A stretch of DNA of 64,000 nt from a candidate division WOR-3 bacterium (lineage in GTDB: Bacteria; Hydrothermota; UBA3072; B12-G15). The notes below the pieces were generated by a model. The model made no database searches and was not told the origin of the DNA. It was given only the letters and a program-made list of their open reading frames with translations. The position numbers and the translations under genes are program-made. The DNA lies in NCBI GenBank assembly GCA_965649055.1, contig CBFGJG010000004.1, forward strand, positions 18,343 to 82,342, given 5' to 3'. Of this stretch, positions 58,513-64,000 are shown in pieces (positions within the stretch are counted from its first letter, which is position 1; every line of letters begins with the position of its first letter).

Positions 58513-60546
58513 TTATTCGACTTTAATACCTGTATTATCCATCATAAATAACATATTCTGAACAATATGTTCAACAGACATTTTTAATGGCCTTCCGGCA
58601 CCATGCCCTGTTTTACGTTCTACATAAAGATATACCGGGTTTCTATTTATATTCATTAATCTTGCAGCCATCTTTAATGCATGCGCAGGATGAACCCTTG
58701 TATCATTCTCGCTTGTCCTGAAAAGTATAACAGGATATTCAGTATCATCTCTGATATTATGGTATGGAGAATATGAAATAAGGAATCTAAAATCTTCTTC
58801 TTTCTCAGGGTCTCCATATTCTGTCTTCCAGATATATCCTACTGAAAATTTATGGTAATTTATCATATCAAGAAGAGGGTTAGAACATATAACACATTTA
58901 TATATTTCAGGCTTTAGTGTTATTACACCACCCATTAAAAGTCCACCATTACTACCACCTGAAATACAAAGAAATTCCGGTGATGAATAAGTTTCATTAA
59001 GATATTCTGATACTGCTATAAAATCATTGAATACATTTATTTTTTTATCCCTCATCCCATCCCTGTGCCATTCTTCACCATATTCATTACCACCCCTTAT
59101 TCCTGCAACTGCGTAAACTCCACCCCTATTTAACCATGGAATAATTGTCGGTGAAAAATACGGTGAAATACCTGCTGAAAACCCACCATAGCCGGTGAGC
59201 CATGTAGGGTTTTTTCTGTCTTTCTTGATACCTTTTTTGTGAATAATATATACAGGGATATTCTTTCCATCCTTTGCTTTCACAAATAAGAATTCTTGTT
59301 CAATGTTAAGATCTCCATAATCTTCTCCCCATATCTTTTCCATATGTTTGGTCTTAAGATTATAAATAAAGATAGACCTTGGATGAACGAATGACTCGAA
59401 TGATAAAAACAGAGTATCGCTATCGAAACTACCAGAGAAACGGGAACTCCCTTTATCAGGTAATTCTATTTCATTTTCAAATTCACCATCAATATTAAAA
59501 ATCCTTATCCTTGAATATGTATCTTCTTTTGTGAGTAAAACTATCTTTCCACCACATATCTCAAAATGAACAATTATTTCATTTTTACTGTTAAATACAA
59601 GCTTCCATTTTTCTTCTGAAGTATTATCAATAGGTGTTATATAAATGCTTCCTTCAGGTGTTTTGTATGTGGTTAGGAATATAACCTTATCTTTTATGAT
59701 ATCAACCTGAAAGTTTCCTTCCTTACCAACAAATAATGGTTTGAATTCCTTATCACCTTCTTTCTTATAATATACATCATCCTTTATCCATTCATTTATG
59801 CTTAAAATTAAATAATTTCTGTCAGATGATGAACCAATACCTATGAATTTACCATCCGGTAAATCCTTACCTAAAATGTATTCATCCTTCTCCTGTTCAT
59901 CTCCAAGTCTATGATAGTATAAAACAGGCTTAAAACCATCTTTCTTTTCATTCCTTGTATAGTAAAATCCTTTATCATCATTTGACCATTCAAGTGATAC
60001 CCATTTCACATCTTCAAGTTTGTCTTTTAATAATTTTTTCTTTTTTAGATCTAATACGAAAAGAGAACTGTTTTCATCTCCACCTTTTGATTTTCCGAAG
60101 GCAATTAGATTTCCATTATTTGAAACATATGCAAAATCAAGAGATACTGTGCCATCCTTACTGAATTTATTGGGATTTATAGCGACAGATCTATTCTCAA
60201 GGTCAAATTTTTCTTTTGAATAATATAGAACATAATGATTCTCTTTATATCTTCTGTAAAAAAAGTAATTGTTACCTTTTTTAAATGGTAAAGATATATA
60301 TTCCTTTAATATCAGAGATTCTATCTCTTTTCTTAACTTTTCTTTACCTTTTATACTGTTTATATAATTCGAAAATCTTTTATTCTGTTCAACTATGAAA
60401 TTCTTTGTATCAGGATTTTCAAGGTCTTCAAGGTATTTGAATTTATCGATAATTTCATGACCGAATATTGTGTCAACCACAGGTATTTCTTTAATTTTTG
60501 GATTCATAAAACCCGTAATTAAAAAAAAATTAGAAAGGAAGCTCAT
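58513..60546 (-). CDS. Prolyl oligopeptidase (S9A)
   Basis: D...YLE, GYGGF, RGG.EYGE.WH, GGSNGGL, DTRV.P.H, GHG. Confidence 0.93.
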   Translation of the reverse strand: MSFLSNFFLITGFMNPKIKEIPVVDTIFGHEIIDKFKYLEDLENPDTKNFIVEQNKRFSNYINSIKGKEKLRKEIESLILKEYISLPFKKGNNYFFYRRYKENHYVLYYSKEKFDLENRSVAINPNKFSKDGTVSLDFAYVSNNGNLIAFGKSKGGDENSSLFVLDLKKKKLLKDKLEDVKWVSLEWSNDDKGFYYTRNEKKDGFKPVLYYHRLGDEQEKDEYILGKDLPDGKFIGIGSSSDRNYLILSINEWIKDDVYYKKEGDKEFKPLFVGKEGNFQVDIIKDKVIFLTTYKTPEGSIYITPIDNTSEEKWKLVFNSKNEIIVHFEICGGKIVLLTKEDTYSRIRIFNIDGEFENEIELPDKGSSRFSGSFDSDTLFLSFESFVHPRSIFIYNLKTKHMEKIWGEDYGDLNIEQEFLFVKAKDGKNIPVYIIHKKGIKKDRKNPTWLTGYGGFSAGISPYFSPTIIPWLNRGGVYAVAGIRGGNEYGEEWHRDGMRDKKINVFNDFIAVSEYLNETYSSPEFLCISGGSNGGLLMGGVITLKPEIYKCVICSNPLLDMINYHKFSVGYIWKTEYGDPEKEEDFRFLISYSPYHNIRDDTEYPVILFRTSENDTRVHPAHALKMAARLMNINRNPVYLYVERKTGHGAGRPLKMSVEHIVQNMLFMMDNTGIKVE

Positions 60547-62062
60547 TTCTGTAATAAGAACTTAAAAATAATCTATAATTAATGGAAGAATATTGTAAAT
60601 TTAAATTAAGGGAGAGTTTCCTGTAATATGCATTGAATCCAAGAATTCCTGCAACACTTCCATTGTAATATGATATCTTAGGATTTATATAAAAGAACTT
60701 CATCCTGTATCCCAAACCCATTTCATAATATGGCTTATAACCTTTTGAAAATTCAAATTTTAAAGAGGGTTCAACTACAAATGGATAAGAAAAATTTAAA
60801 GTTAACCTTTTTGTATTACCAAGGTATAAATAAGTGTTTGTATTGATGAATCTGTTAAAAGACCAAGATATAGCGTGTGAAAAACCATTGCTAAGGTTCA
60901 TAATGTATATTATTGAATTGTATGGAAAAGAAAAAGATGTGTTTAATCTGAAAGAATAATCGTAAATCTTTGACAGGAAAATATTAAATGATAATATGTA
61001 ATCACCGAAACTGTAAAGATCATAGTATTCAAATTTCAACAGACCCTGAACAACACCATAATTCATTTTGTTATAGAAACTTCTTCCAAAACGTGTGAAG
61101 GAAAACCTCCTTGATTTACTATAAATATCGAAATAATAAGATAGAATATCAGTGGTTGGAATTAGTGGTATGGTTGAACCGTTAATTGTGAAGATAGTAT
61201 TAGGGAAATTTAAAATTGAATCATTAAGGCTTCTATCCATTGTATAAATACTTCCAAATATACCGCCTTCAGCTGTGTATGAAAGGATTTTAAATCCCAT
61301 ACTGAGACCGAGAACTGCGTTATCATAAGGGGTTGAAGAAGGCAGTAATTCCCGTCCTCTTAAGAAGGTTAACCTGAAGAAATTATTTTTATTCTGCGGT
61401 CCTAAAATTACTCCAATTATTGATGATTGTGGAGTGTTTCCCCTTCTTATTGTCATATCACCATATAAAAACGCAATTTCCTTAAAGAGATCAAGGTAAA
61501 TTCCCGTTATCCTTCTTGAGCTAAGTGCAATCCTTGAAAGATTGGGATACTGATCTCCGATAGTAAGGGAAATAAAAGGAAGGTTAAAAGCAAATTTAAA
61601 CTGACTCTTTAACTGGCTTTCTGAATAAAGGTCATATGTGTTAAGATAGATTTTATAATTGAATCTGGGATAGATACCTTCTATTCCGCCAAATCCTTCT
61701 ATTATAGGGTTATCGGGATTTGTTGATATATGATTGATAAAGAATCCTAATTCATAATCTGTGTTGCTTTTCCTGCTGATTTTTTCTTTTTTTCTATCTT
61801 CTTTTGAAACATATGTGAAAGTGTGTGTGATTGTATCAGATGGTGTGAACAATGTAATAGTATGAATACCATAATCTAAGTTTTCAGGTCTTATTATGAG
61901 CGTGTTTTCGCTTATTTCATAATCACCTTTTATATCGAGACCATCAATTTTTACATTAAAATCAAGTGTTTCTCCTATCTCACTTATAACTATGAAAATA
62001 TCATCTATTATCTCGTTGTTATCAGGATAAACAAGTAAAATTGATAAAAATAGGAATATCAT
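60530..62062 (-). CDS. Hypothetical exported protein (Ig-like N-terminus, probable beta-barrel)
   Basis: Short hydrophobic start, GIHTITL, aromatic/Gly-rich strands, C-terminal Phe. Confidence 0.55.
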   Translation of the reverse strand: MIFLFLSILLVYPDNNEIIDDIFIVISEIGETLDFNVKIDGLDIKGDYEISENTLIIRPENLDYGIHTITLFTPSDTITHTFTYVSKEDRKKEKISRKSNTDYELGFFINHISTNPDNPIIEGFGGIEGIYPRFNYKIYLNTYDLYSESQLKSQFKFAFNLPFISLTIGDQYPNLSRIALSSRRITGIYLDLFKEIAFLYGDMTIRRGNTPQSSIIGVILGPQNKNNFFRLTFLRGRELLPSSTPYDNAVLGLSMGFKILSYTAEGGIFGSIYTMDRSLNDSILNFPNTIFTINGSTIPLIPTTDILSYYFDIYSKSRRFSFTRFGRSFYNKMNYGVVQGLLKFEYYDLYSFGDYILSFNIFLSKIYDYSFRLNTSFSFPYNSIIYIMNLSNGFSHAISWSFNRFINTNTYLYLGNTKRLTLNFSYPFVVEPSLKFEFSKGYKPYYEMGLGYRMKFFYINPKISYYNGSVAGILGFNAYYRKLSLNLNLQYSSINYRLFLSSYYRNELPF

Positions 62063-62643
62063 TCTATCTCCAGCTCAAGATACCTTGTTTTTCTGTTCTC
62101 ATCTTCAAACTCAATAATAAGTTTTTTTGGCTTGGTAATCTTTTCTGGTGAAGAACTACCTATGCATCTACCCGATTCACCCTCTGTGATATCAATGGAA
62201 CCATTTTCATTGTAAAGATTCACAACACCTGATATAACATCAACATAAGTGGTATCTAAATTCTGCATGATTCTGAAATGTGTTCCTTTTACCGCTGCAA
62301 CAGAATTAGGTGTCTCAACTTCGAAGCTTTTTCCTTTTATTATAGAAATTATCTCACCGAAGAACAACTTTACCCTGCTTACTTTCTTTGAATCTTTTGT
62401 TGTCTTTTCAGGGAAAGAAACAGAGCTAAGAGGCATAATCTCAATAATAGTTCCCTTATCAAGGTATCTTATCACCGCGAAACCATCTTTCCCTGTTTTA
62501 ATTTCATCACCTATCCTCAGTATAGTTCCGCTTTTTCCGTCCCTTGTTTCTCTTGTTGAAAAAATCTTCACATCTCCTTTTGATTTTATTATGACAGCAA
62601 CATCTTGCTGTATTGATAAAGTCAGCAATAATACAATACTCAT
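62059..62643 (-). CDS. Exported FecR-domain protein
   Basis: GD.IKTG..G, L..GEI, ETPNSVAAVKGT.F, V.SGVV. Confidence 0.8.
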   Translation of the reverse strand: MSIVLLLTLSIQQDVAVIIKSKGDVKIFSTRETRDGKSGTILRIGDEIKTGKDGFAVIRYLDKGTIIEIMPLSSVSFPEKTTKDSKKVSRVKLFFGEIISIIKGKSFEVETPNSVAAVKGTHFRIMQNLDTTYVDVISGVVNLYNENGSIDITEGESGRCIGSSSPEKITKPKKLIIEFEDENRKTRYLELEIE

Positions 62644-63608
62644 CTTAACCTCACTTCTTTCACCTTTACATCTGGTTTTAAAAGGATTTTCTTAAGTTCT
62701 TCTATAGTTATGGGTTTTGTGTCAAGTGTAATGTTCCCTGTAGCAATAAATTTTTTATCTTTTATTTCTTTGAATACCTCATTCTTTCCAATCTTTTTTG
62801 ACAGGATTCTTATTATCTCATCACTTCCTAAATCCTCTATCTTGAAACATAAAGGCATTGATTGAATGGTCATAATACCGGTGCTTGTTCTTAAAAATCC
62901 GGTTATCCTCCAGATATAGTTTCCTGATGTCAATGGTGGGAATTCTCTTGGATAGGAATACATATGAACTTCTTTTTTGAAGTCTTTCTCAAATATTTTA
63001 TATTTATCAAGAAGTTCATCCGGGGAAAGTGAAAAATTAACGATCATTCCCAGGGTTAATCTGAAAGAATCACACTTTCCTGTCCATACAAAAACTGGTG
63101 TTTCATCTGTTGTAACAAGTGGGGCACCAAATGGAACACCCGGGGATAATGCTTCTATACCATATTCATCAACTATCTCAAAAGGGCATTCCCAGAAGGC
63201 CTCAGGGGATGTAGAGCCTGCCCTGATAATTTCAAATTTTAGTAAGTAATTTCCTGACGGAAGTTTTCCGGTTGAAAGAATAATCCTCTTTAATGTATCC
63301 GCAGATTCATAGATTTCAATTTTGTTTATTTTAAATCTGTCCGTATTGAATGATGAAGGTGTTATTGTTAGATTCTCGTTCGGATACAATGTGAATATTT
63401 CTGATTCACCCGATATAAAAATTATATTCTCTTTGATTATCTTAAAACTCAGATAATATTGAATACTCTGTGGTTCCTGATGGTTTATTGTCAATGTAAA
63501 GAAATCAACATTCCTGTATCCAAGGTTGAATATATCGTTAACCCAGAATACAGATGGAACATTACAAGTTCCATTCATATTTACTAAGCTTAAAATCAAA
63601 AAAAGCAT
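62640..63608 (-). CDS. Hypothetical exported Ig-like protein
   Basis: SD GGGAGG; promoter TTGACA-16-TATAAT at 63654-63627; LPSGNY, P.F.W, YP...PPL..G.Y.W. Confidence 0.65.
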   Translation of the reverse strand: MLFLILSLVNMNGTCNVPSVFWVNDIFNLGYRNVDFFTLTINHQEPQSIQYYLSFKIIKENIIFISGESEIFTLYPNENLTITPSSFNTDRFKINKIEIYESADTLKRIILSTGKLPSGNYLLKFEIIRAGSTSPEAFWECPFEIVDEYGIEALSPGVPFGAPLVTTDETPVFVWTGKCDSFRLTLGMIVNFSLSPDELLDKYKIFEKDFKKEVHMYSYPREFPPLTSGNYIWRITGFLRTSTGIMTIQSMPLCFKIEDLGSDEIIRILSKKIGKNEVFKEIKDKKFIATGNITLDTKPITIEELKKILLKPDVKVKEVRLR

Positions 63609-63904
63609 AAAACCTCCCTTTTATAAATTATAAGAATAAAAATTGAAATGTCAAGTTTAATCTAATATATTGGTGTCAGTCATAAACTTTCAGCTTTTGT
63701 ATTTTATTCGACCATTAAAAAAGGATTGGTGAATGGTATGGATAACGATAATTTTTACAATATTGAAATTGAAAAACGAGAAAGAAAATCGGTGGTTGGA
63801 TTTAGATTGACTACACTAATTATAACAATAGTTTTTGTGTTGATATGAGGAGCAAAGCAGAAGTCATCTTTTTGCTGTTAGCTAAATTTTAAAAGTAGAC
63901 TTCG

Positions 63905-63946
63905 TAAACTTGAAAAGTAGACTAAATAGTCTACTTTTCAAGTTTA
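63905..63946. repeat. Perfect 20-bp inverted repeat
   Basis: TAAACTTGAAAAGTAGACTA-AA-TAGTCTACTTTTCAAGTTTA; a further AAAAGTAGACT copy at 63891-63901. Confidence 0.92.
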
Positions 63947-64000
63947 TTTAACATAGCCCCAAAAAACGGGAAGATCAGGGACATGGTGGTACAATTTATT

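Noticed and set aside
63671..63691. TGGTGTCAGTCATAAACTTTC as a possible IS end
   Set aside because: No partner inverted repeat or transposase visible in the window.
1..64000. tRNA, rRNA, transposase, integrase or cas genes
   Set aside because: None recognised; apart from 1301-2566 and 63609-64000 the intergenic gaps are short and AT-rich.

Overview
AT-rich bacterial chromosomal window, mostly housekeeping genes: proS (partial), hup, thiL, folC, pdxJ, secDF, plsY, map, addAB-like pair, rpoZ-coaBC-udg-dnaB, radA-ispF, thiD, accB/accC, cinA-thpR-recA-recX. The C25 peptidase, MsbA-like ABC transporter and O-antigen ligase suggest a diderm, possibly FCB/WOR-3-like (inference only). Two areas stand out. 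(1) The 1.2-kb intergenic region 1301-2566 holds a consensus sigma70 promoter, a boxA-like motif, a symmetric DnaA-box/IHF-like leader and an orphan one-spacer CRISPR. The spacer is antisense to a Shine-Dalgarno plus ATG. It is followed by a heptamer-repeat element flanked by a 33-bp duplication and a decayed four-helix-bundle gene. (2) A tightly coupled run at 42.6-54.3 kb: accB-pilT-accC-mglA (R53K)-tandem DnaA-like AAA+ protein-DUF4388/TPR-cheR-cheD-cheB-TPR-ExeA-cheW-cheW, with no mglB, MCP, cheA or cheY in the run. A zinc-ribbon/RomX-like protein lies at 15.7-16.4 kb. Also noted: a split gingipain (propeptide in its own gene), an ATA-initiated addB, recurrent 16-bp promoter spacing with probable leaderless mRNAs, and a perfect 20-bp palindrome near the window end. 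All calls come from reading motifs by eye; no database searches were run.
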